From a virus: DNA of 37,633 nt. The stretch is taken from the UHGV virus genome UHGV-0208093; one strand, given 5' to 3'. Below the pieces are notes generated by a model that saw only the letters and a list, made by a program, of their open reading frames with translations, was not told the origin of the DNA and ran no database searches. The translations under genes were made by a program, and so were the position numbers. Positions 18,382 through 26,636 of this stretch are shown here, piece by piece (within the stretch, counting starts at the first letter, position 1; each line of letters starts with the position of its first letter).

Positions 18382-19248
18382 CTACACTTTTGGGGCAACA
18401 CCTTTAATAATCGCTTTAGCATTTTTTTCAGGGATATATTTGCCATACTTACCTGCCGCTTGTAACGCTGTGCCTGCGAAATCTTCTGAATCCATAGCAC
18501 GTGCTACTTGAATACCTACGCCAGCTACACCTACGTTATCAGCTGAAAAAATTGCTACCTCATTTGGTTGAAATTTTTCATCTGGTAACTCTTCTAAAAC
18601 AAACCCTTTAAATTTGTATAAAGTTTGTTCATCAACATTAGCGGATGAATTTTTAGAAGTTGTTGCAAGTTTTGAATCAATTAATAAGTCGTAAACGTCT
18701 GAATTAACATAGGCAACCCATGCAACGTTTTGAGAAACATTGTTATTAACAAATTTCTTATGAGCATTAGAAAATAGTTTTGTAATACCAGCTTCATCTA
18801 ATGTAGTGGTTAGTTCTTCACTTGCATTGTCAGATAATGCTTTGCCTAACAAGTTATCCACATGTTGCGCCCAGGCAACAGCATGCAAAGCTAAGCGCTC
18901 TGCTACAACTTGATCAGGAATATCATTTACAGTAAACTGATCGACACCTTCATGAATTGAAAGTGGCGCTTCATATTTAACTTGTTTATTGACTGATTTA
19001 ACTTCTTTACGTTTACCAAAACGGCTTGAGCTGCCTGTCCCTGTTCCAAATCCTACATTTTCATCTGTCGAATATGCTTGAATAACAACGTCCGTATCTG
19101 TAACTTTCAAATCTAGAAATGTATCGTTTTGAGAGACTCCGTCTTTTGTCTGTAAAGTACCTCCGAAAGCACGTAAAAATACTGCTTTTTTAGCAAACAG
19201 TTCTGGCAAAATACCTGCATATTGTTTAGTGTAATATTTGATTGACAT
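18382..19248 (-). CDS. Major capsid protein. Its 3' end carries a -1 frameshift site; see findings.
   Basis: 288 aa. Position after the scaffold. Followed by a hairpin terminator, consistent with high expression. Confidence 0.8.
   Translation of the reverse strand: MSIKYYTKQYAGILPELFAKKAVFLRAFGGTLQTKDGVSQNDTFLDLKVTDTDVVIQAYSTDENVGFGTGTGSSSRFGKRKEVKSVNKQVKYEAPLSIHEGVDQFTVNDIPDQVVAERLALHAVAWAQHVDNLLGKALSDNASEELTTTLDEAGITKLFSNAHKKFVNNNVSQNVAWVAYVNSDVYDLLIDSKLATTSKNSSANVDEQTLYKFKGFVLEELPDEKFQPNEVAIFSADNVGVAGVGIQVARAMDSEDFAGTALQAAGKYGKYIPEKNAKAIIKGVAPKV
18388..18394 (-). promoter_or_regulatory. -1 programmed frameshift slippery heptamer C CCA AAA, two codons before the capsid stop. A stem-loop CCCCG/CGGGG (18343..18381) lies 6 nt downstream. 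The -1 frame encodes a 25-aa extension ending at 18314.
   Basis: Heptamer in the X XXY YYZ register. Downstream hairpin. The open -1 frame is homologous to the tail-gene counterpart. Confidence 0.6.
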
Positions 19249-19264
19249 AATTTATTTCTCCTTC

Positions 19265-19861
19265 TTAAATATATTTTTCAACTGCTGCTGCAAACACGTC
19301 TGTGTTTCCTTTATCATTTTTAGGATTTCCAGGGTTAACGATTTGCGGCTTTGAAGCTTGGTCTTTATCAGTTTGAAACAAAAAGGCTTTATTTTCTTGT
19401 AGTCCCTTTAATTGTTCTTCAAAACCTTGTAAATTACCGTCGACAACTTTAATAGTGTCTTTATCTAGTTGACCAAGTAAGATTTCTTCATCAAGCGCAT
19501 TCGCTTCTTTTAATGCTAATTTAATTGCGAAATCTTTTTGTTGTTCAGCTAACTGTTTTTCAGAATTATTTTTCGCTTCATCAAACTTTGTTTGTAAATC
19601 AGCTAATTTTTGCGTTAAATCATCGTTTCCTTGTGCTGATTCTTTTAAGGCCGTCAATTCTTCTTGGTTAGCTTCTAGTTCTTGCTTAGCGCTGTCACGT
19701 TCACTCTCTGCAGTAGCAACTTGCGCATTTAGTTGCGTGACCGTCTTACCATGTAAAGCCATGATAGACTTCGCTGTTTCTTCCTCAATGCCTAATGCGA
19801 TTAAATCCTCTTTTTTCATAAATCTGTTCCTCCTAAGTGTTTTTTGAGTGGCAACTCCCAC
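19265..19861 (-). CDS. Scaffolding protein.
   Basis: 198 aa. Strongly coiled-coil and acidic. Immediately upstream of the capsid gene. Confidence 0.7.
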   Translation of the reverse strand: MGVATQKTLRRNRFMKKEDLIALGIEEETAKSIMALHGKTVTQLNAQVATAESERDSAKQELEANQEELTALKESAQGNDDLTQKLADLQTKFDEAKNNSEKQLAEQQKDFAIKLALKEANALDEEILLGQLDKDTIKVVDGNLQGFEEQLKGLQENKAFLFQTDKDQASKPQIVNPGNPKNDKGNTDVFAAAVEKYI

Positions 19862-19914
19862 TGTGAGCCGTCTTTTTGAGACTTCCGAGCAGGTCTAGGT
19901 ATAAAATAAAAAGC

Positions 19915-20103
19915 CTAACGATAGTTAGACCTGTTTTCTTCTCTTTTTAAATATTCTTCGTAATCGGCATCCAATCGATCGTAAGGATCTTCCTTTGTCT
20001 CCATATTCACGCGAAACCCATATCTAATAAAAGCGATAGTGATTGCTAGTGATAAACCAATGACTGGCAATCCAATCACAATGGCGATAAATTTTATTAG
20101 CAT
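19915..20103 (-). CDS. Small membrane protein (62 aa).
   Basis: Single transmembrane helix FIAIVIGLPVIGLSLAITIAFI. Confidence 0.4.
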   Translation of the reverse strand: MLIKFIAIVIGLPVIGLSLAITIAFIRYGFRVNMETKEDPYDRLDADYEEYLKREENRSNYR

Positions 20104-20124
20104 AGAAACACCTCTTTTTTTATT

Positions 20125-20463
20125 TTATAAATCATAAAATCCCACTTCGTCTGTTACTGTTTCAATTAACGGAAAATCACGAATAACCATATAAGCAACT
20201 AAAGCAAATCGATTCACGATATCTTCGTCTTGATTGTCTATACCAGCCTCATGAGCTATAGCATGCGTTAATTCATGGATAAATGTTTGTTCTTGTTTCT
20301 CAACAGACAATTTATCCCATATTTTAATCACAGACGTTTGATAGTCGCATTCGCCCCACTTTTGGCCTCCGTCTTCAGTTGGAAGATATGAAACTAACTC
20401 AACTTGATAGTTTATGGCTCCTACTTTTATTTTAGTTGGTATTTTCATTGTATTTCTCTCCAT
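20125..20463 (-). CDS. Small HExxH zincin-like protein (112 aa) in the head morphogenesis module. The motif HELTHAIAHE has the same spacing as ImmA/IrrE (DUF955).
   Basis: H-E-x-x-H-x-x-x-H motif. Sits between the minor head protein and the scaffold. Confidence 0.45.
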   Translation of the reverse strand: MERNTMKIPTKIKVGAINYQVELVSYLPTEDGGQKWGECDYQTSVIKIWDKLSVEKQEQTFIHELTHAIAHEAGIDNQDEDIVNRFALVAYMVIRDFPLIETVTDEVGFYDL

Positions 20464-20466
20464 TCT

Positions 20467-21624
20467 CTAAAAATCGTCGTAACGAAAATCTTTTAGCAAC
20501 GTATTAACTGGGGTGTAAACTTTTTCACGGGCATAATTTCTGCCTAAATACTCATTAGAATCTACTAGTTCTCGTAGTTTCGCTTGGTTTGCTCTTACTT
20601 TCTGTTTCCATTGCTTGGCATTGTCAGTATGATCTAATGCTTCGGAAACCATTTGATTCTTTTTAAATTTGACTACTTGGCGCTCTAATTGCCGTTGACG
20701 TTTCGTCAATTCAGCAACTTTTTCATTTTCCTTTGCATCAATTTTAGGTTGATTATTTGTATTGATACCAGGGATAAAAGGAATGTGTAAATGATTGCAG
20801 TTAATCCCTCTATGCCCGCCAGCAGTTCCATATTCTGCGCCCCAATAAGGGTCGTAAATACTCTTATACTTTTCATTACTTGAAACAGATTCACGTAAAT
20901 CGGCAACGTGTCCTTGAATCTTAGAACAAGCTTTTCTAGCCCCCATATGGCTAGTGACCAGTACCGTGTGAACGTCATACTCGCTCATACGGTCTTTTCG
21001 TAACTTATCATAGGTGTTACCTAATGTAGACTTTAAAACGGTTCGAACGTAACGTTCCAAGCTCCACGTATGACCGCCTTTATCTACAAATGTTGACTTA
21101 ATCCCTTTCTGTGCCCAACTTTGTATAGTACGTTCTAACGCTTCGTCAAATGTAAATAACCCGCTGTTAAATGCAGCGACTGTCTTATTAATGATTTCAT
21201 TGTACATTTGGCTGGTGGCTGTTCCATAACCGAAGTTAGTGGATAACAACGTTTGATTTACATAGTTGTTAATATCAGACCACACTTGGTCGTGATAGGC
21301 TTTCATAATATTGTCTAAATCTGTTGGCATAGGCTTTGGATCATAAGGTAATTCTTTATCAATATCTTTTACAATTTTTTGCCCGGTACTTTCAAACATT
21401 CGCTCTATTTCAGATTCAGCAATTCCTGTTACTTGAGAAATGACTTTTGCGGTTTCTTTGTTAAACAAATGTAACTCTTGAAGCTTTTCTCTTTGCCAAT
21501 CTAAAATATTCTCGTTACCGTTTTTTAAACGCTTAGCGATGATTCGTATTAATTCGCCCTCTAACGATTGGTAGAGGTGTGACATATTAGAGGACCATAA
21601 ATCTAATTGATGAGGCGTAATCAT
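20467..21624 (-). CDS. Minor head / head morphogenesis protein (SPP1 gp7-like).
   Basis: 385 aa, immediately downstream of the portal. Confidence 0.65.
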   Translation of the reverse strand: MITPHQLDLWSSNMSHLYQSLEGELIRIIAKRLKNGNENILDWQREKLQELHLFNKETAKVISQVTGIAESEIERMFESTGQKIVKDIDKELPYDPKPMPTDLDNIMKAYHDQVWSDINNYVNQTLLSTNFGYGTATSQMYNEIINKTVAAFNSGLFTFDEALERTIQSWAQKGIKSTFVDKGGHTWSLERYVRTVLKSTLGNTYDKLRKDRMSEYDVHTVLVTSHMGARKACSKIQGHVADLRESVSSNEKYKSIYDPYWGAEYGTAGGHRGINCNHLHIPFIPGINTNNQPKIDAKENEKVAELTKRQRQLERQVVKFKKNQMVSEALDHTDNAKQWKQKVRANQAKLRELVDSNEYLGRNYAREKVYTPVNTLLKDFRYDDF

Positions 21625-23123
21625 TATTCCTCATCTCCTAGTTCATTTTCCGCCGATATTCTTTCTTGTTCTGGGTAGTCCATTTCTAACGTTTCTGCTC
21701 TAATCTCGTAAACTATTTTTTTGGCCTCTTTTTCAGTCACACCCGTTAATTTCTGAATAGCGCTTAGTTTTGATGAAAGACCAGCTGTAACTAATTTAGA
21801 GTAATAATCAGCTTTGGCATCTTGAGATTGAAAAACACCGTCATCAAAATCTATATTAATGCCTAGTTCTTTTGAATATTTGAATAGATTAAATGCTGCG
21901 GCCAATTCGAATATAGTTGTAATTAATTCTTTTAATGCTTCTTCCACAATTAAGACATTATCTGAACGGGTAGAAAAAGTCTCAGAATTTTCGCTGATGA
22001 TTTCCGTAGCTGTTTTGACTGATTGTCCATCAAAGCTAAATGTTCCACTTGAAAAACCGGTTTGTAATTCAACAATTCGTAAAATAAAATTGATTGTCTC
22101 AATAAATTCCTGTGACCGTAACGTAGGAACAAATTCACTAATAAAAGGATCGTCTGATTTCAACCGTTGATATACAGATGTCTTACTGTCAAATCGTTTT
22201 ATAGGATTCCCTTTTTCATCATATCTAACTTTGAAGAAATGATCTGAAGCTAATATTTTTCTTCTCGCTTCTTCAACTTCATTCATAAATTCATCGTATT
22301 TTTCGTTAATATCAATCAATTGGCGCTTCGCGTTGTCAATAATACCTAAACTCAATGGACTATCGATATCTATGTTGTTTTTTCCAGCTAGTTTTATATA
22401 GACAAATAATGGTCGAGTAAATCCGACTAAAGCAGTCTCCTCTTTTAGTTCCTTGTACTTGTCTAATGTCGGTAATGGTACCCTAACACCTGTTTGAGAT
22501 TGTTCTTCTGAACGATACAATTCGTTTCTGATATAGTAAGTGCTATTTTCCCACTCATGAAATTCTAAAAGTGTGTAATAAACATTTTTCTTACCTTCAT
22601 TCTGTTGTGTAATCGTAGCAATAGCTGCTTCAGATATATCATTAGTGTTGGACTGTAAAGGGTAAAAAGTATCAGCTCGGCAAAAGGATATTTTTATTTT
22701 GTTTGTCTTTGTATCTACATAGGGACGTAGGACAAGCCCTCCTATTGCATATCCTGCTTCCAGCTCTTCACCAAAGTTCTTACGAAACTTATTATCGTTA
22801 AAAACTGATTGTAAAAACTGGTCCGCTTCATCATTATCAATGCTTATCGCACACCCGTCATTAAAGACTAGCTTAGCTAATTTGCGAGAAACTACTTTTG
22901 ATACATTTAATGAATGAAAAGCCCTGTGCATACGCATACCATCACTATTAACGTAGCTCACATCAGGAAACTTATTTTTATATATGCGTTTGTTGTCTAT
23001 TATTCTATCGATTTCAGCAGTATTTACTCCGATTTTTGGATGATCTGTAATTCTATTAAGTGTTTCTACCATACCTATTTTTGCACCTCCAATCCTGAAC
23101 ATCGCTTTTAATTTGTCAAACAT
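21624..23123 (-). CDS. Portal protein.
   Basis: 499 aa, immediately downstream of terL. Confidence 0.8.
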   Translation of the reverse strand: MFDKLKAMFRIGGAKIGMVETLNRITDHPKIGVNTAEIDRIIDNKRIYKNKFPDVSYVNSDGMRMHRAFHSLNVSKVVSRKLAKLVFNDGCAISIDNDEADQFLQSVFNDNKFRKNFGEELEAGYAIGGLVLRPYVDTKTNKIKISFCRADTFYPLQSNTNDISEAAIATITQQNEGKKNVYYTLLEFHEWENSTYYIRNELYRSEEQSQTGVRVPLPTLDKYKELKEETALVGFTRPLFVYIKLAGKNNIDIDSPLSLGIIDNAKRQLIDINEKYDEFMNEVEEARRKILASDHFFKVRYDEKGNPIKRFDSKTSVYQRLKSDDPFISEFVPTLRSQEFIETINFILRIVELQTGFSSGTFSFDGQSVKTATEIISENSETFSTRSDNVLIVEEALKELITTIFELAAAFNLFKYSKELGINIDFDDGVFQSQDAKADYYSKLVTAGLSSKLSAIQKLTGVTEKEAKKIVYEIRAETLEMDYPEQERISAENELGDEE

Positions 23124-23138
23124 GTAAACACCTCTTTT

Positions 23139-24428
23139 CTAGGCGATATAGGTTTTATAAAAGTAATTATTACCATACCTTGCTTCATCAAGTGCATGAT
23201 TATATTTATCTACGGGCAATCCATTATCATTTCTCACATACATAGAGATTTCTTTTTCAAAATTATAGTGGTCAAATTCTTCTCCACATTCTAAAACTAT
23301 AAATTGGCCACTTATCATGGTGTTTTGTAGTCGTTCTATTCCAACCTCTATCTTTAAACCATTACTTGAAACTTTATCGGAGCTATTGTTATCAGCTTTA
23401 TCTGTAATAATCCCTATTAAGTCAAGCTCAGAACGTAACGTTTTACAGGCAGGATCGACAAAGAAATAATTCCAGTGTGGCAAATGGTTCCATTTTGTAT
23501 AACACCACTCAACAAACTGTTTAATCTCTTTTGCATAAATTGACATCGCTTTTGTTTCTCCCGTATCCGTTCCGCTATGATAGTAGTTTGCTAAACGATA
23601 CAGATAAAATTTCCCAGCATAGAAGGTGACAACCCAAAATGCACAGGTAGTTGCATCAGCTTGGCCACCATCAGCAGTAAAAAACGTTTCAATGATGTTT
23701 CCTTTTATTTCGGTTGCCTTGTTGTTCTTACCGAACATCGAGTAAATAACACCTTGTGGTAGCACTCTATGACCATACCAGTCACGTTCTAAAAGATATT
23801 CGCTACTTGATAACTCATCGTATAACTGCTGCTTTCTTGATTCACTTAAGATTGGATTATCATCTGGTGTCCAATGACGAAATAAAAAACGTCCTGATTT
23901 CTCAAAACGTTCTAACAATTCTAAATTAGGGTGATTCGGTGCTGGCGGATTCTGTTCGCCTAAATGATAGCGCCATTCTGCAGCAAAAGTACGTCTAAAG
24001 CACTCATTAATGAAATCTTTATGCAGCAAGTTAAATTCTAAGAAAGTAACTGAGCCTAACGACATACCCGTAATAGCACCAACCGAATTGATTTTGCCGC
24101 CGCCTTTGTAATAAATCTTTTTTTCTCCGTTAGGTGCATATAAAAGCAAATGGTCCCCATGCTCATCATGTCGAATATCTGAAACACCATCAAAGATATG
24201 CATTAAGCCTAAACCGTCACCGTCCATAAACATTCGGAAAGCTTGTTCTTGATTATAAGCAGTCACAAGATGGTTCTGGTCTGGTGAGCGTAAATAGAAG
24301 TCTGCCATTTTAAATATATCACTGGTGGTTTTTCCGCTACGAGGAGTACCTTCGTTTAATTCAAAGGTCACTTTGCTTGTGTTGAAATTAATATTCGCTG
24401 CTTGCTTATCACTAAAATTAATTGTCAT
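23139..24428 (-). CDS. terL: Terminase large subunit.
   Basis: Walker A NEGTPRSGKTT near the N-terminus. 429 aa. Overlaps the terS end. Confidence 0.9.
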   Translation of the reverse strand: MTINFSDKQAANINFNTSKVTFELNEGTPRSGKTTSDIFKMADFYLRSPDQNHLVTAYNQEQAFRMFMDGDGLGLMHIFDGVSDIRHDEHGDHLLLYAPNGEKKIYYKGGGKINSVGAITGMSLGSVTFLEFNLLHKDFINECFRRTFAAEWRYHLGEQNPPAPNHPNLELLERFEKSGRFLFRHWTPDDNPILSESRKQQLYDELSSSEYLLERDWYGHRVLPQGVIYSMFGKNNKATEIKGNIIETFFTADGGQADATTCAFWVVTFYAGKFYLYRLANYYHSGTDTGETKAMSIYAKEIKQFVEWCYTKWNHLPHWNYFFVDPACKTLRSELDLIGIITDKADNNSSDKVSSNGLKIEVGIERLQNTMISGQFIVLECGEEFDHYNFEKEISMYVRNDNGLPVDKYNHALDEARYGNNYFYKTYIA

Positions 24429-25182
24429 TGTTCACACCTCGTGATTTAACGTTGAGCAAAGCTTCTAACAATTCGTTCGCTTTGCCTCCAGCAGTTAACT
24501 TATCGGCCTGATTCGTAAGTATTTTCGCTTCTGCTTGTGTTTTTTCCATCTTCGCAGTTATCAAGCTTAATTTTGCTCTTCGTTCATCGGCTTCGTCTGC
24601 GATAGCTACAAATTGTTTAATTAAATTTGATAGTGTTCCCATTGCTCGAGATTGGGCGGCTAAAAAGTTCGCTTGTTTATCCCACGCGTATTGAACTTGC
24701 ATAGTAGAACTGCTTCCACTTTCGCCAGATGACCAACCCGACTCCTCTTTTGAGATATCTCCGACATCATTGACGTACATAATCTGTTGTGATCGGATAA
24801 TGGCTGTATATTGAATCATAATGTTATTCCAAAGAATATCTGCCGGTTCTGATTGGGAAACGGTCTCCATTATTTCTATTGTCTCTTCCGGCATCCACTT
24901 AGCAAAAATTCCGTGTTTAACTGCGTTCTTATTCCCCTTAGGGGGCGAACCGCCTTTATTCCCTTGGGCATTTTTATTGCCTTTAAGCGTATCGTAACGT
25001 TCCGTTTCAATCGGAGCGCTCCGTTTCATTGTAGTGTCCCACTTATCTTGAGATTTCCATTTTCTAATAGTGGAATCTGTAACACCTAATTCAATTGCGA
25101 TATCTTTTAATTTCTTTGTTCCTTCAGATTCTAACCAAAGATGTTTTGCCTTTTCTCTATTTGGATTTCTAGCTCTAGACAT
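24418..25182 (-). CDS. terS: Terminase small subunit with an N-terminal HTH.
   Basis: HTH LKDIAIELGVTDSTIRKWKS. Gly/Lys-rich linker. Upstream of terL. Confidence 0.8.
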   Translation of the reverse strand: MSRARNPNREKAKHLWLESEGTKKLKDIAIELGVTDSTIRKWKSQDKWDTTMKRSAPIETERYDTLKGNKNAQGNKGGSPPKGNKNAVKHGIFAKWMPEETIEIMETVSQSEPADILWNNIMIQYTAIIRSQQIMYVNDVGDISKEESGWSSGESGSSSTMQVQYAWDKQANFLAAQSRAMGTLSNLIKQFVAIADEADERRAKLSLITAKMEKTQAEAKILTNQADKLTAGGKANELLEALLNVKSRGVNNDN

Positions 25183-25222
25183 ACATTTTACACCACCTCG
25201 CCATCTGTGTTCGTTTTGTAAT

Positions 25223-25447
25223 TCATCTGTATTTACTTATATTCTCTTGTACATGCTTGTCATTCCAACACCCATGACCGCAATATAGCAACTTGCAATA
25301 GTCAATTTCTTGTGGTGTAGCTTCTCGTGTCATCTCAATGATGGAATAGTCTTTCTTAATCTGCAACGACATTACTACCCGTTTATGTTGGTTTTTCATG
25401 GGTTTCGGATAATGGTGGTTCAGAGATATGTACCAATAATTATCCAT
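25223..25447 (-). CDS. Small Cys/His-containing protein (74 aa). First gene of the late operon. Function unknown.
   Basis: SD GGAGGG upstream. C-x4-C-x-H-x-C cluster (CKLLYCGHGCWNDKH). Confidence 0.4.
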   Translation of the reverse strand: MDNYWYISLNHHYPKPMKNQHKRVVMSLQIKKDYSIIEMTREATPQEIDYCKLLYCGHGCWNDKHVQENISKYR

Positions 25448-25528
25448 CCTTCATTCCCTCCAAACAAAAAAAGAAGCCATCAAGGCAATCTCTTTTATTC
25501 TTCATTCTTATTTGTTATAATTTTATTA

Positions 25529-25637
25529 GGTAGCAACTCCTTTTATTTTTAATCAACACCTTATGTAATTCATAATTCAATGAAAAGACACATAATTTGC
25601 TACCTAACCGCTAGTATGTCACCACTAGCGGTTTTTA
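25529..25637 (+). ncRNA. Predicted small RNA 1 of a 4-member paralogous array.
   Basis: Extended -10 TGtTATAAT at 25513..25521. 5' AGGUAGC pairs with GCUACCU at 25599..25605. CUCCUUU anti-SD-like motif at the 5' end. Terminator CCGCTAGT/ACTAGCGG plus T5 at 25608..25636. Confidence 0.6.
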
Positions 25638-25685
25638 TATGCATCAGACAAGACAATTAATGAATGATTTGCTATAATTTATTTA

Positions 25686-25785
25686 CGGGTAGCGACATAC
25701 CTTAGAAAATTTCTTGCACATGAAATTCCTCATATCGTACTAGCTACCTAACCACCCATGATTAATTTCACTGGTGGTTTTTTTG
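25686..25785 (+). ncRNA. Predicted small RNA 2 of the array.
   Basis: Extended -10 TGcTATAAT at 25670..25678. 5' GGGUAGC pairs with GCUACCU near 25743..25749. ACCUU motif. Terminator hairpin CCACC/GGTGG plus T7 ending near 25784. Confidence 0.55.
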
Positions 25786-25899
25786 TTGTTCAGTAAACAT
25801 AGTTACTAACTCATCATCTGAAGCTCGATTGCAATTAATGTAAAAAAAACAAACACATAAATGTTTTACAATTTTTTTAATATTTGTTAGAATTTTTAC

Positions 25900-26007
25900 A
25901 GGCAGGAATTCCTTCTTGATGAATTTAGATTTTGCGATTTAAAATTCTATCAACAAGTCTTACTATAACTGCCTATCCGCTAATTTTCCGATATTAGCGG
26001 TTTTTTA
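25900..26007 (+). ncRNA. Predicted small RNA 3 of the array. One U:A pair is replaced by C:G relative to its paralogs, which preserves the closing stem.
   Basis: Extended -10 TGtTAGAAT at 25885..25893. 5' AGGCAG pairs with CUGCCU at 25969..25974. UUCCUU motif. Terminator CCGCTAAT/ATTAGCGG plus T6 at 25977..26006. Confidence 0.6.
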
Positions 26008-26109
26008 CATACTAAAAGAGACATTCTTAATTAATTTTATGTACTAAATATGTCATTTCTTACATAAATTGGATAATGTCTATCACTATTAATTTGCTAT
26101 AATGCTTTT

Positions 26110-26220
26110 GGGTAGCAACTCCTTAAATGCTGAAACAGTTATTTACACCTAGAAAACCCATCTTTTTGTAATATAGTCTGCTACCTATCCACTAGATTCC
26201 ATAGTCTAGTGGTTTTTTTA
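26110..26220 (+). ncRNA. Predicted small RNA 4 of the array.
   Basis: Extended -10 TGcTATAAT at 26095..26103. 5' GGGUAGCAACUCCUU. 3' GCUACCU at 26180..26186. Terminator CCACTAGA/TCTAGTGG plus T7 at 26189..26219. Confidence 0.6.
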
Positions 26221-26225
26221 CGTAT

Positions 26226-26253
26226 AAAAAAAGACTGCACGGTGAAAGTGCAG
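26226..26253 (-). terminator. Minus-strand intrinsic terminator (CTGCAC...GTGCAG, then TC and U7). It ends transcription from the tRNA-Asn/ArpU side before the sRNA array.
   Basis: 6-bp GC-rich stem with a 7-nt loop, followed by a 7-nt T-run on the minus strand. Confidence 0.6.
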
Positions 26254-26351
26254 CCTTAGATAGGAAGGAAAATCTTAACCGTCATCTGATCGTAAAGGTA
26301 GTTACATTTGACTTATTGACGATTTTTTTATTTAAGTAGCATAGCTACTTA

Positions 26352-26424
26352 CTGGAATAACGAGACTCGAACTCATGATCCTACGATTAACAGTCGTATG
26401 CTCTACCAACTGAGCTATATTCCA
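26352..26424 (-). tRNA. tRNA-Asn (anticodon GTT). No encoded CCA.
   Basis: Manual cloverleaf on the minus strand: acceptor TGGAATA/TATTCCA, D-arm GCTC-AGTTGGTA-GAGC, anticodon stem TACGA/TCGTA with loop CTGTTAA, T-arm ATGAG-TTCGAGT-CTCGT, discriminator G. Confidence 0.85.
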
Positions 26425-26490
26425 TCAAAATGTCACTTCCTATTGTTAATTATATTCTAAGGTGTATACTTCAAGTAAGGAGGTGATAAC

Positions 26491-26628
26491 ATGACTTATT
26501 CTACAGGTGAAAAGCCAGGCAAAGGCACCTATACTTGTACTAATTGCGGTCAGCAAGTTGTATTAGATGACAAAACAGATACACTGCCGCCATGTCCTAG
26601 ATGTGATAATACAAAGTATAGAAAATAA
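26491..26628 (+). CDS. 45-aa zinc-ribbon micro-protein (CxxC-x17-CxxC), MTYSTGEKPGKGTYTCTNCGQQVVLDDKTDTLPPCPRCDNTKYRK. Not in the ORF track because it is under 60 aa.
   Basis: Strong SD AAGGAGG 7 nt upstream. Candidate promoter TTGTTA-16-TATACT at 26443..26470. A terminator follows immediately. It is on the opposite strand to the flanking phage genes. Confidence 0.6.
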   Translation: MTYSTGEKPGKGTYTCTNCGQQVVLDDKTDTLPPCPRCDNTKYRK

Positions 26629-26636
26629 TTATTTAT

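Noticed and set aside
25310-25552. 80-aa plus-strand ORF overlapping the start of the late operon.
   Set aside because: It is antisense to the 25223..25447 gene. It has no SD and a hydrophobic low-complexity translation. It also overlaps the sRNA-1 promoter.
25513-26220. Possible CRISPR array or CRISPR-repeat mimic: four repeated units with hairpins.
   Set aside because: Unit spacing is irregular. The units share much more than a short repeat. Each has its own promoter-like TGnTATAAT and a hairpin plus T-run terminator. No cas genes are present. A paralogous sRNA gene array fits better.
26334-26350. Palindrome AAGTAGCATAGCTACTT next to the tRNA-Asn 3' end as a terminator.
   Set aside because: On the minus strand it is followed by an A-run, not a U-run. 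On the plus strand the T-run precedes it. The real minus-strand terminator is the CTGCAC/GTGCAG hairpin at 26226..26253.
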